Source: Gonapodya sp. JEL0774 (Eukaryota). Taken from it: DNA of 43,699 nucleotides. Numbering within the stretch: position 1 is the stretch's first letter; each line of letters opens with the position of its first letter. Location: the NCBI GenBank assembly GCA_027604505.1, contig JADIIX010000078.1, forward strand, positions 62,001 through 105,699, given 5' to 3'. Made by a program: the position numbers and the translations under genes. Shown here piece by piece: positions 25,883 through 39,300 of the stretch. Below the pieces are notes generated by a model. That model saw only the letters and a list, made by a program, of their open reading frames with translations. It did no database searches and was not told the DNA's origin.

Positions 25883-27753
25883 CTACTCTGCTATTAAGGT
25901 TTTCAGCAAGGAAGTTATTATAGGTGACAATAGACTTTTTTCTGTCGAGTACAGCGCAAACACAGTCCCAACCGACAGAGGAAGAACGGTCAGTTCCCAT
26001 ACAGGTGCAAACACGGGATACCCCGCATCTTTTAAAAACCAATACGATGCTTCGATTGCCTATATTTCAGTTAAGTTGGAGTTGGTACATGTTTAGATGG
26101 ATGAAGTCCTTGAGCAACCAGATTGGCAGAACTTACTGTTGGAAGTGCAAATACATTCAGTTCTCGAACTCGTCCCGGACTCTCACACAGAACAGACAAG
26201 CCAGCTGGAATTCCGAGTCTAAAAGCGTTATTGGAAACATTACTGATGCGCTTCAGGAAGGAAATGATGATGACCGAACTCACGCCCAATACATCCACAT
26301 TGGTCTCCTGTCCATCAAGCCCCTCTCAATGAGATCTGTCGTGGCACACAAACCAGCCCGATAAATAACATTGAGACTCCCAAAGAAGGCACTGGTTCTA
26401 CTGGCTCCGACAATAGCGGGTAGTGCTGTGCCGATAGGACTGTCAAAACAGTCAGTTCCCAAAACATATTGAAGATAAGTAGTTCAACACCAAAAACGAC
26501 GCACTTTTTAGCGAATTTTGTCGCCCTAAACGCTAATGTCGTCGCGAGATTAAGTCCAGCAGCCAGGGGCAACACCGTGAAAAAGCATCCAAACCAGTTC
26601 TCGAATAGGTCCCTGGCATGAGAGTGTCCTGGGTGTATGAGCGCACAATAGAGGTCAGAAGAGGGCAAGGTACGGGGGATGCCAAATAGTGCCGAGTCCG
26701 ATGCGCTCTTTCCCAGTCCCGTGCGAGCCACCCATGATAGAAGGAAACGTTGTCGATCTGACGGGTTCCGAACGCCCCCGCTATACTCTTTGCAGATTGC
26801 CGTAACAGCTTCTTTCAACGTTATCTGTGGGATACCCGACGTCGAATGGGTGTAGGCAGAGTGTGAGATTTGGTCGAGGATTAGATTCGCGTTGGCCAGA
26901 TTGCGGCGGTTAATGTCGAGGAGGACAGGGGAGGTATACGCCTGGTATTCAATGAATGAGCGTGAATGCCAACTGCGAACAGAGTACTAAGACACCCACC
27001 TGCGACGTCAGCATTCCAAAGAACGCCGGTCTAATTTTCGAAGGATCCAGCATGACCCCGTAAATGATTTGTGCACAAATATACGAGAACAGAATCATGC
27101 CTTAAAGATGATCTCTGGTGGTTGGCAAATGGTGTCTTTGGGCACAAATTTCTACCTCAACTCACTTCCTTGTGGAATTCTGAATATCGCACGAGCGTCG
27201 AGCCAATTGACTATACCTTGCATCGCCCGCATCGAAAATGTTTCCACGAAAACCATTCTTCTCGCAGGGTGTTCGAGATATATTGCTAAAGAGCTCAGTG
27301 TCCCTGCCACAAAAGACCGGGAGAGCTCGGATCCCAGTTTGTAGAACCGAGCAAGATTGATGAGCAACTTGTACGAGAGACTGAATGCTCCGAGACCAGC
27401 GGCGAATGTGAAAGGGTGAGGCTCAAGAACAACTCGAAAGATTTCGGATACGCGAGCCCTTCAAACGAATGATGCACATCCGGTGAGTGAAAATGGATCG
27501 AGTGACGGTGGTGCTGACCTTCGCCTAATCACACGCAAGAACACCCAGAGAGCTGAGATGTGGAATGATGATGATACTCCGTACGACAAGGGGGAACGAG
27601 AAGTGGAAGAGATTCACCTGAAATTCCTGCACGAGCTCCAAATGCCAAGCAGAAAGTCCTAAGTCCCCCAAAAATTGCGAATCTCAAGATTTGAGATCGT
27701 GTCTTCCATTCCGGCAGCAGTTTTTCGGATTCTTGTTCGGAGGCCTTGGTCAT
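25883..27753 (-). CDS. TMEM135-family multi-pass membrane protein
   Basis: GGLRTFCLAFGARAG, FVAGTLSSLAIYLE, CALIHPG, GASRTSAFF, ESPGRVRELNVFALP resemble the TMEM135 pattern. Confidence 0.75.
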
Positions 27754-29006
27754 TGCTGCTATTGGGGATATGGATTCGAATTCATCTGTTGTCCACCAGG
27801 TGACACTGTGGGAACCCGATCCCCAAAACTGTTTCACCTGTCAGTACAATTTTAAAACTATCAAGGTCTTGTAAAGTAGTAAAAGTCAGAATGTTGACTC
27901 TCTTACTTTCCGCCCGCATACAAACAGGACAGATGCATATGTGAACTCTTTGATTAGGTAGGCGAGGCATTGCTGTGCTTTGAAGAAAAAGTTCCGTCTA
28001 ATGATAAGTAGTTATATGTCAGCCTCGACACTGAATCATTCTGCTCGCTCATGTAACGCGATTCGGCTTGTCCGGTCGGAGGAGTGGCTGTGGCTGTGGT
28101 CACACTGATGGTAAGGAACGTGACAATGCAAGAAATTCATAAGTTATCAGTTAATTCCACGACGCTCAACGTAAGCCCTTCCTTGGTCATCGGTCGAAAA
28201 AGTGAGTCCGTTCTTGGATTTCGCGTGCCCCTATTGTCCATCGTGCGTTTCTCTTGCGAGTGTTCGTATCGCAATCCGATGTCGTGCTGGATTGATGCGA
28301 CTAATGGGACGACTCCGTGGGATCTCCCGGAGGAGAAGTATCGAAACGAGTCAAGGAAGCTCGTACAACAGAGAATAAGAAAGGGAAAGAGCGAACTTTT
28401 CAATGAAATGCCATCTATGACGCAGGCACAATGGACGCATCAAGGAAAGTTAGTGCAATCACTTCTAATTTGGTAATTGGAAACTCTGTATGTGACGTTT
28501 TCAAGACAACAACATTCAGACAGTACTTTGCCGTCGAGCCCATTGCACCAGAACAACCTTCCGATTAGCAAGACACATTACGTGATGACGGTTTACGGGC
28601 ATTTATGACGCTTCTCTGTGGCTCCCTGCTTCCAATCACCGGAGTCTTCCGTGCAAAGTCAAGACGTTGCAATTGCAGCGTTTCTCAACGAAGTTCCGCG
28701 GAATGTTGTAGCTACAAAATCACTTTCAGATTAATGTTATATGTTTAATGCAATACTTACGAAGTTCGATCTTGTCCTTTTGTATTGTCAGCGCAGATCA
28801 CATTACAATAAGATCTCCAGTGCGGACAAAGACTCTGCAAAGACAATGACGAATTCTAGCACCATGCATTCCTGAGGACGTGGATTGACAATTAGAGGCG
28901 CTCGGGTAGTTGCAGACATTGTTGGGTGGTTCCTGTCACAAAAAGTGGAGCACAGAACATTTGGACAGCGGTCAGTTGTGACCCCTCCACTTTCATTCAC
29001 AGCAAT

Positions 29007-31055
29007 ATGTCTCGAGTGATCGTGGTGGATAATGGAACCGGAGTGAGTTTTCCATCTTTGCTCACTTCTCAAGTTTTTCCAGGGTCGCATTCCGTCGCGC
29101 GAGATGTTGAAAGGTTTGTCGTGAACAACACAATCGCCACGGGGAGCTGTCCAGCCAGCCTCTGGATGATTTCTGGCAAAGCAAAAAGGGAAAGATGCTT
29201 GGCATGATGTCGGCGACCGTCTGATGGTCAGAACCTTTGTGTGAGGGGTTAGCGTTGGTGTCGAAAGTCAGCAGTGGAGGTACCACCGGAGGTGATTGAG
29301 CACTCCTGCCGACCCAGACTGACATGAAGCTTCAGTATTTTTCCTTATCACTCTGATTACGGTCTCGGGTGTCTTGGGTGTGGGTCATGGGGGCAACGCT
29401 GCTTCATGCTATCTTGAGGAATACGAATGACCACCGCTGTCGCCCTCCTGTTTCGACCGAAATGCCATCATCTATCATTCTTCTCATCTGAATCCGTTTT
29501 CATCCATCGACTACTTTTGGCCACCCCTCACAGTTTGTGAAATGCGGCTTCGCCGGCTCAAACTTTCCCGAAGCCATCTTTCCAGCTGTCGTCGGCCGTC
29601 CCATCTTGCGAGCGGAAGAAAAAGTCGGGGATGTTGAAATTAAGGACGTGATGGTCGGCGACGAGGCTTCTGCCGTTCGGTCTATGCTACAAATGACCTA
29701 TCCGATGGAGAACGGAATCGTGCGGAACTGGGAGGACATGCAGATTCTGTGGGACTACACATTTCAAGAGAAGCTCAAAGTTGATCCCACCGACTGCAAG
29801 GTTCTCCTGACGGAACCGGTACTCAACCCGAAACGGAACAGGGAGCGAATGTGCGAAACCATGTTTGAGACGTACGGTTTCCAGGGAGTCCACGTTGCCA
29901 TTCAGGCTGTACTAACGTTATATGCACAGGGTAGGTATCCACTGACTGTCGTATGCTGGCTTTGGAGATACGTTGGAGCGTAGTTTCGACGCCGGGAAGA
30001 GCTGACAGACCGTTAACCCCGTCAGGCCTCCTCACTGGTGTTGTCATTGATTCGGGTGATGGTGTGACGCACATCGTTCCGGTCTACGACGGTTACTCTC
30101 TCCCTCATCTCGTTCGGCGGTTGGATGTCGCTGGGCGGAACATAACAAATTACCTCATCAAATTGCTGCTATTGAGAGGATACGCTTTTAATCGAACTGC
30201 GGATTTCGAGACTGTGCGGCAACTCAAGGAAGCGCTCTGCTACGTTGGGTGAGAGTCTTTGCCTTTCATGGATTCAGGTCCACTGTTGATGGTCGATGTC
30301 GTTGGACTTTCCAGGTACGACCTCCCTCTGGAACAAAAACTTGCGACAGAAACTACCGTCCTCGTTGAGAGCTACACAGTGAGTACCCAGTATTTTCCAG
30401 TGTTCAGTTCACGCAATGCGGTCCCTCACAGAAGATTCCGCCAGCTACCAGACGGTCGGGTCATCAAAGTCGGTTCGGAGCGATTTGAGGCACCGGAAGC
30501 GTTGTTCCAACCTCATCTTGTTGACGTAGAATCGCCTGGCATGGCAGGTGAGCTCGTTGGTGGAAATTGACACTTGTGTAAGTCATCTTACGCACTTTGT
30601 CTTTCCAGAAATGCTTTTCAACGCCATTCAGGCTGCCGATATTGATGTTCGACCTGAGCTGTACAAGCACATTGTGCTGTCGGGTGGATCCTCCATGTAC
30701 CCAGGTCTGCCGAGTCGTCTCGAGAAGGAGATCAAGCAATTGTATCTGCAAAAGGTTCTCAAGGGAGATACGTCGAGGTTGGGGGTAAGTTATCATTCAG
30801 ATCCTTACAAGGGTCCTTTTGTCCAATTCGTGCCTCCGATGTGGTGTGCGATGATATTTGGCTTTCGCCCCTCCACAGAAATTCAAGATTAAGGTGGAGG
30901 ACCCACCACGTCGCAAACACATGGTGTTCTTGGGTGGTGCTGTGCTTGGAGACATTATGAAGGACAAGGCGAGCTTTTGGATATCCAAGCAAGAGTGGGA
31001 AGAACAAGGAGTACGTATGGTGGACCAGAAATTGGGTGGGCCTGGCAGGAACTGA
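29007..31055 (+). CDS. ARP2: Actin-related protein 2 (Arp2/3 complex)
   Basis: [67 protein letters not shown]. Confidence 0.97.
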
Positions 31056-31463
31056 GACTACGGGGTTGTGGAGTCACATAATTTTGTGTAGCATGACTTC
31101 AATACCGATTTATGTCTCTATGGAGTCCCACTACGTATGTGTGAACTTGTAGTTAGTATACCGAACACGGGTCTCTTGTTTGACAGTTGTCAGTGCCAAT
31201 TGCGGGTCAAACGGAGCTTGTCCTGGAATTGATACACGAAATAATGAGAACCCACATAATACAATAATATATACATGGTTGTAAATAAACGAGCCTGAAT
31301 GATGATGTAATCGTGGTGATGATCGTCCACAGTGACTCCTGTTCCCACACAAGTGGTTTCCTTTCACACAAACGCATCACCAGGCCAACTTTTGTGTACA
31401 CAACTAGAGAGAAAGTTATCCAGGTTCACTCACGCCACAGCGCTCCAGATTGATAACCATCAA

Positions 31464-33120
31464 ATGAGTGGGAACATGCCATCACCATCTGATTCATCTG
31501 ATTACTTGGTTATCGGGGCAGGACCCGTTGGACTTCTCGCAGCGCTCGGCCTTGCAAAAAGAGGATTCGCGGTTACCGTTTTCGAGGGCAGGGATAGCCT
31601 GGACCAGCGGAGGGAGGAGAGCTATCCAATCGGTGGGTAACTGAGAATCGCCAGACTTCAACAATGCGTACAGCGTACGAAGCTAGTTATACATTCACGT
31701 GTGGTTTTTTCAAAGGTGTAAACCTTCGCGGTATTCGTGCTCTCGGCTCCATCGGTGGACCTGCCTTGGCTTCACAGTTGCAAAACTCTGGTACCATCAT
31801 CGATTCATTCGACATTTACGGTGGAAAACGACGTGTCGCGCAAGCTGTTGGCGGCACAATCTGGTCTCAGACTCGATTCGCCGTGACAAAAGCCATTTAC
31901 GACGCTTGCATCGAATTTGAGAATGCCAAATCCGTGGACACGAAGGGGTCGATCTCCATTCTGTTCGGGAAACTCTTTGTTCGGTTTGAAATACTCGAGG
32001 ATGGGAAGCTTAGCGGGCGACTCTACTTTGGAGATGGAACGACGGTGAATGTTCCGGTTGGCACGCGGGTGGTGGGTGCTGACGGGGGCGGGTCTTGCGT
32101 GCGTAAGGCGCTGGTGCAAGTGACCCAGGGCAAGGACAACGAAATCGAGGAGACGTTGGTGCCCTGGAATCTGAGTTTCAGGGTCCTGTTTGCAGACAAG
32201 GCCCCGCTTTCGCACCTGGACGCTAAGATTCATTACATCATGTCGGGAGTGTATGTAGCGGTGAGGTTTTGCTCCTGGTTATCTAATTCCTGTCAAGAAT
32301 GAGACTTGTCTTCCCTCCATGTCCACACACCGAAAGGTCTCAGGCGGTCCAAGCGACCCGTGGACGTTCGCCCTCTCGTGTCGCCCAAACTCCCCTCACT
32401 ACGACCTGTTCCACACTACAACCGACACTCCAACGACAGAGCAGATATCGGCATTACGAGCACACATCCTGAAAGCGTGCCCGATTGCCGCAGATTCTGA
32501 ACAAGGCCTCAACGCTGTCATATCGGAGGAAGAGATGAGGGCATTTTTCAGCAGGAGGATATTTTCAGGGAACCTTGTGCATGTATCCAAATGCCAATTT
32601 AATGGCTGGGTGGTATTGTTGGGAGATGCGGCACACGCACTGTTCCCCCCGACTGGTGAAGTGAGTATCGAAGCTGCGCTCAATTGTTCACCGATCAGTC
32701 TCCATCCTCTTTGTGTTTGCACAGGGTGTCAACTCCGGACTTGATGACGTGCACTCCCTCATGAAGTCGTTGGATATGAGTCTGTCTGACTCCTCTGTAT
32801 CCCCATTTCACCACTACGCAGTCATCCGCCAACCGTCGATCGACGCCCTTTTTAGCCTCGCTCGTGATATCTGGACCTCTCAGAGCGGATCTGCAGGGGA
32901 CAAGGTGGTTGCCATGGGCTCAAATATTCTCTTCTCGATGTTTTCCAAGAGCAAAGACCGACCGACTGAATCGGAGTTGCGATACGGACCGCCGGCCAAA
33001 GAGGCGCTCTTGGAGTATCCAGAGGTATGGAAAAGGCATCTGGAGAATGTCGGCGGGTACAGAAAGGTATTGAAGTGGATGGTATGGCCGTGGGCTAATG
33101 TGAGCAGTGACCTGTTCTAA
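31464..33120 (+). CDS. FAD-dependent monooxygenase (group A, kynurenine 3-monooxygenase-like)
   Basis: VIGAGPVG Rossmann motif, VVGADGGGS DG motif, VLLGDAAHALFPPTGEGVNSGLDD GD motif; substrate not inferable. Confidence 0.85.
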
Positions 33121-33337
33121 TTACTACTGATTGGAGAAGATACACAAAATTAGACGTGTGCACTGTATAGCAATTCACATAGAATGTATTGTTCAATTTG
33201 AATCAGAATTACTGCAATGAAAATTCTCCTGCCTGGTTTGTGCAGAGCGCTATGGTCAGAGTGGAGGAGCCTCGATCAGGAGTTTCTCTTTTCTAGGTGA
33301 AGCAGCTCCGTGTGTCCCCACTTCCCGACCAGCCACG

Positions 33338-34931
33338 ATGGATCTAATGGACGTGGACAAGAAGTCGACTCCCGCTGAAATCGCAAAGAGGAAGAAGGCG
33401 CAGCCCAGTAGGAAAGGGAAGAAGGCGTGGGCGAAAAATATCGACTTGGAGGACGTCGAGGAGGCGCTCGAGGAGAAGAGAACAGAGGAACGAACTCTTG
33501 GGTGAGTGGGTTGCCTCAGGTTTATCTGGGCTTTCAATTGCTGAAGCTTGGAATCCCCCTCTCGTTGTGGAATGTCTCCGTTGGCTGTATTACCTCAACG
33601 GTCTGAATCACATTCAGTGCCTCCATCGCGACCCTCCCCAACTCTGCCCTTTTCTCTCTTGACAAATCCGGTGATGCTCTAGTTGTCAAGTCTCTCGCCA
33701 AAACACGGCGGAAACTTCGTATCGACGAGATTCTCACTCCAGACTCCAAGATCCCCGGCGTTTCGTCTCGGGCCAGGGCCAAGGCCGCGACAGACACGGA
33801 TCAGGATCGAGTGAGACTGGCGAAAAAGAAGCGGGAAGCGTCGAAAACATGGACTGAGCTCGTTGAACGCAAGCGGAGGACGCTTGAGAATGGCGAGGTC
33901 GCCCGTGGTCGCGTTGAGCCTCCACGGGCTCGCAGCACACCGGCCGTGACAGAAACCATTTGGAGAGTTAGGGACCTTCCTGTTGCACCTCCTGCTCCTC
34001 CGCCTGGGCTCGAATTCATTCCGCCAATTGTCCCTCCAAAACGCCCTGTCACCCTGTCTCGTCCCCCAATCCAACAACTCCCCGTCTCTGTCCTGCCCCA
34101 CGGAGGGGCTTCTTACAACCCCGCTTTTGACGACCATCAGGACGCACTAAGAGAGGCTGTTTCGTTCGAGGAGGAGAAGGAGCGAAAGCGACGGCTAGCC
34201 GAGGACAAAGTAGCGTTCCTTGCAAACGGCGTTCCAAGCACAGGGATCGCGGGCGAGCCTGGGCTGGAAGAGCTGGACGCTAGCGATGACGAAGCAGAGG
34301 AGGAGGGTGAGGGTGAAGCCGTCGAGGGAGATGTGCCAGGGGGAGAGTCGAAACCACCCCGCCGGAAAACGCGGGCAGAAAGAAACCGCGAAGCGCGTCG
34401 AAAGGAGATCGAGCGCGAGGAAGCTGCACACAGGGAAGCCAAGAAACAAGTGAAACAGCTGAAAAGGTTCGGTCGTCGAGTCATCTTGGTGTACCTTCTC
34501 TTCTCCGAATCCACTATTTTCCCCACAGCCTCCCGTCCATTCTCGCCTCCCTCCCACCCACCGCCTCTTCCACCGTTGCATCCTCAAAACCCACTCAACC
34601 TCCTCGGTTGGGCCCTCTGCGAGCAGCCCCGCCTACCCCGCAAGTTCTCCTTACTGAAGAACTCCCCGACGCTTTGCGGAAGCTCCAACCGGAGGGTAAC
34701 CTGCTCGAAGATGTGGCCAGCTCGTTATATGCAAAAGGGATTGTGGAGAGAAGAGCAGTGAAGGAGAAAGGTGGGGGTGGCAAGTTTAGGGGCAAGGGTG
34801 GAAGAGCGACGAGGAAAGAGGTGAGTTTGTTGAGGAAGGGGGGTGTACGTGTGTGGTGGTGGTTTAGACTTGGTCTCAATGTGATCTTCCTTCTCCAGTT
34901 CGAGACTCACGCGTACAAGCGATTTGAATAG
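33338..34931 (+). CDS. NOP53: Ribosome biogenesis protein Nop53/GLTSCR2
   Basis: QPSRKGKKAWAKNID, LFSLD, PHGGASYNPAFDDHQ, RRKTRAERNR, LTEELPDALRKLQPEGNLL. Confidence 0.92.
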
Positions 34932-35170
34932 TTCCAGTCAGGAGATGATGATCACTATCAACATTGGACAAACTCGGTGGACCGAAACGAACTTTTACCA
35001 CATTGAAAGTACTAATTGTATGTTTTCCCGGCGGTAAATATACATTGCTTTTAGTTGCTGAAAGCGGTTATGTAGCATATGCTGTGGTACTCAGGAAATC
35101 ATGTAATCACGTCCCCATAAACTGAGGTCGGGGATTGAAACCGCAAGTTCGGTTACACTATTGAATGTTG

Positions 35171-36006
35171 TCAGACTGACGACTGTGACGACTCTGGGTT
35201 GACGTGTTGGTGCAGCTGGAGGGGACGATGATTCACACCGCTTTAGAAAACAGGAACCGCAAATCTACTCGACAAAAAGAACCACAACTCTACTTGTCAT
35301 GACTCACCTTGCTCGCCACCGCACACCAGTCTCCAACCCTCGCGTATGGATCAGTATACATCCCGGGCGCCTGGTCATGGCCCCACACGACCAATTCCGG
35401 AAACGACCGAAGAGCGAGTCGGTGCATTGCGAGTGACTGGTCATCCGACACATCGGATGGGGACGGACCTCGGCGGCGTCGACGGGCGCGTGGTGATATG
35501 GGGGATGTAGGTGGGCGAATTGGGGTGTCGTAGAGAACATATCCTGAGGGAACTTGACAGGTCAAAACAATTTGGAAGGACATAGCGCTTCTAAGATTAT
35601 GCCCACCTTTGTAACCAGTAGGCACGGGTATCTTACGTCCCTTAAGCAGCCTGCCCCGGAAAACGGTCTCCAGAACCTCCGTCGATTTGGGCAACTGGAA
35701 CTCTTCGCGATTGCCAATCCCCCTCTCCTGCTGGTCCGATACCTTGAGTTCCTCGACCTCCTCTACTACTAGACCACTCTCCTTTGACACTTTTGTCTGA
35801 ACTTCCTTCCCGTGTCCATTCGCAACAGTCTCCTCAGCTGAGTTTCCCGATCCGTCGATTGTGTCCTCTCCGCTCTCCTTTTCAATGACCAGGAATCTCT
35901 TCACTTCAGCAGGCCCATCGTAGTTGATTCGGCAAGGGAGAATGTGCACCGTTGTCGGCTTTGCGCCAACTAGACTCTCGGAGGGGATGTGGATCACGAC
36001 TTTCAT
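35171..36006 (-). CDS. RNH203: Ribonuclease H2 subunit C
   Basis: VHILPCRINYDGPA, FRGRLLKG...VPTGYKGYV, VVWGHD...DPY...W..VASKLH. Confidence 0.88.
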
Positions 36007-36373
36007 ATGTTCCAATGATTGATTTGAAAGATGGGGAGAGAAATTCAACCGAAAAATTGAACTGTCACAGGTGCGGAGATCGAAGAGCAGGAAACAGAGT
36101 CAAAAAGCGGATATCGGAGGGATTGATGTATGTATGGAGAAGAGGATGGCTGGAGAATTGTGCTTCGCTGTGTGGGTTACAAACTGTCGGCAACATTCAC
36201 CGAGACAAAATTGTTATGTAGCTTGGGCGTCGCATTCAAGTGTAATAAACTAGCGACTACCTGCATTTCGAAGATTCATCCATTCCAATTTTGGAAGTCA
36301 ATTGATTAACTCCGAACTTGCCAGGCCTTCCAGGCCACAATACGATTCGCACCGGCACATAACAAATAGAAGC

Positions 36374-39300
36374 ATGCTTTCGACGGCCCAACATGGGGCT
36401 GCCACAACACCCGCAAATTCTATTTCGTTTTCAGGATTGATGCCCGGATCCCGTGATTGGATGTCGAAACGGGAACACGTGACGATTTCGAAAGATGTGC
36501 TCGGAGTGGGTGGGTATGGTATTGTCTATAAAGGGATCTGGAGGTTCGGTCGGGCACCTGTCGCAGTAAAACTCTTGCGAGATTCGGCCGCGTACAGCAC
36601 TGAAGTGCAGGAGGTAGGTGGATTCAGTAGTGGAAATCGCAATAAATTCGATCTCACTTATCCTGTAGAATTTTTTGAACGAAGTCGAAGTCTGGTGGAA
36701 GTTGAAACACCAGAACATCCTACCACTTCTTGGTGGGTCGATTTGGCATGATTCTAAGTGGATGCACATCGGTAATCACCCATTCCTGTCTACAAGGCGC
36801 ATGTATCGATGCCCAAGGGGAACCGTACATGATATCTCCGCTTATGGAGAATGGAAGTGTAATGGAGTATCTGTACAAGCACCCTGAAGCAAACACTCCG
36901 AGGAGGAAGCTCGAACTGGTCGGTGTGGCTGCTAAGAACCTAAGAAGACGAATCCGTTTTACCACTTTTGTGTGCCACAAAGCTCTCCGATATTTGCAGT
37001 GGTTTAGATTATCTCCACGAAATGGGAATAATTCATACAGAGTGAGTGAACGCTCGTCTATTGATTTCGGCACCTCTGCCAACCACAAATTTTGAAACTC
37101 AGTCTCAAGCCTAACAACATTTTGGTTGACAAACAAGGTAATGCTGTGGTGACAGACTTCGGATTCGCCAAAGTCAAGGTGAATTGTCGTGATTTGTCCT
37201 TTCGAATTGTCAGATGATGGACAGCATGCGGATTCCACGCTCTTTATAATCAGGATTCAGCGGTGTCAGGTACAAGAGTCGGTACAGGGGCTTACATGCC
37301 TCCGGAGCGTCTTGCTCTCTGGTTTTGGAACTCACCAGTCGCCCGCAACGTCTGCACGAAAGGTTGTACCAAACACACATACTTTTATTTGAGAATGAGA
37401 ACTTAAACTACAACGTTTCAATTACAGCGGGTGATATATACGCGTTTGGTATCACTTGCTATGAAGTGGGTCGGCGCTTGTAAAGTCTTGCAGTCTCGCG
37501 ACTGCTCATATCATTTTCAATAGATCTGGAGCCGCCAACCTGCCTTCCAGTGGAGCACACGAAGTCCCGAAGAACAGCAGGTCGTCTACTCTGGCATTAT
37601 CACTGGAGATCGTCGCCCTGATATGTCGCTTGTTGATGATATGCCAACGGAACTGCAGGGCTTGATGAAACAGTGCTGGGCTGTGGTGAGTGATGCAAAA
37701 TGAACTCAAACTTTAGCTCCTGTTGATCTGTCGAGTGCTATGACTTGTATTGCAGGACCCGGAAGAGAGGCCTAAGGATTTTGCAATGTTGTTTGACGCA
37801 GTCACCCGCTTGATGTGAGGAGGCTGCATTCATGGTGTTCCACTTGGTGTTCGCGAGATCACACTTCTGTGTTCAGTGATCAACTCCCCGAGACACCTGC
37901 TCCCGTTGCTCCGTCGAGATACGCCCCCCCTCCCTCCAATTCCCTTCCAACAGAAAACTTTGTCGCCGTGAGTTCTCTACAGCTTTTTAGTACAAGACAG
38001 TGTATTGACGGTTTTGAATGCAAGAGCAAATGGAGGGAACTCACAGCTGACGAAATGCGACTGCCTGAGGAGATCCAAAATGCCATCCTCACACTTCACA
38101 ACGGCTCGCCACTGGAACTTGATCTCACCGGTGAGATGCAGCTGATTAATTCTATCATCTCAAGTCTTAATTAAGCATATTACTTCGTGAAGCCAAGTTC
38201 ATCCCCGTCGAAACTATTCAAGCAGAACAAAACGCTCAAGCACTATTCGAGCTCTGTGTGTGCGATTCTGATGCGGACTGTTGAAAGATATTTGGTCCTA
38301 ATCGCTTTCGTGTAACAACAGGGAATTTGTCAATGCAGCGACGGTTAGCAAATGTCCGGCAAAGTCGGCAAGTTCCACCTCCCCCGGCATTCGAAATATT
38401 GGCACAAGACAAAGAACGTCGGCGAATTGATCTGGAGAACGCTCAGGCAAAGCGTGAGGTGCGAAGAAGAGAAGAGTTAGATGATGCGACTATTGTCGCC
38501 CGGTTGCGACCCCTTTGCGAGGCTATACGCATCAACAAAACTTTGTTGGATTTGCGTTTTGGTTGTGAGTTTGTTTGATGGCCCTAAAGCAGTGCTGCAA
38601 ATTTTGAATGTGTTTTCTAACACAGCGAACAGAGTCACGGATGATGGAGTCCGATGCTTCGCCGAAGTTTTCAAAGCAACTGGAATACTCAACTCTCTTC
38701 AGCTAACAAGTGAGATGCGGAAACATCTCCATAAGGCTGCATGAAAGCTGACAAAGGCAATATTTTTCAGATAACAGAATAACAGGAGGGGGAGCTGCAG
38801 CACTAGCAAATGTATTGAAGACGAATAGGAGTCTGATGATATGTGACATCAGTGGTGAGTATTCTCATCCAATGTTCGTGTTGTTTCAATATGTGTTTAT
38901 GTGCACTCTTCGTTTGCATTTTTACAATTCTTTTGGCAAAATCGAACCATTCGTATCCCATTGCAGAAAACCCCATTGGAGATGACGGAGCTCGTGCACT
39001 TGCCGAAATGATGAGAGAGAACTCTACACTCTCCGTGCTCAACATTCAAGGTGATGTGATTCTGGACGTGAGAATGTGATCCCAACGCTAAGCCTTTCGA
39101 TTAGGTTGTTCCATTGGATCAGAGGGAGCTACCTTGTTGTGCGCCGCTCTCATACGAAATACCGGGCTGAAAAGCTTGAAGCTTGGCAGTAAGGATTCAG
39201 AGACAGAAAGAAACCATTTGCGCATGAGTTCATACTTAATCTCCAGGAAATGATATCGGTGACGCTGGACTCGTCGCTGCAGCCAAAGCCATCTTGGAAA

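Noticed and set aside
28261..28345. YRNPMSCW...TPW resembling the NDUFA4/B12D NPDV.W...PW motif
   Set aside because: No coherent start codon or TM exon could be spliced to it; similarity too short
12768..34931. Apparent functional clustering: ALG14 with STT3, ABP1 with ARP2, and NOP12/NOP8/NOP53
   Set aside because: Members are interspersed with unrelated genes on mixed strands; expected by chance in a dense housekeeping region without synteny data
35120..35160. Minus-strand ggtttcaatccc resembling a tRNA T-loop
   Set aside because: T-stem does not pair and no acceptor, D or anticodon arms can be folded
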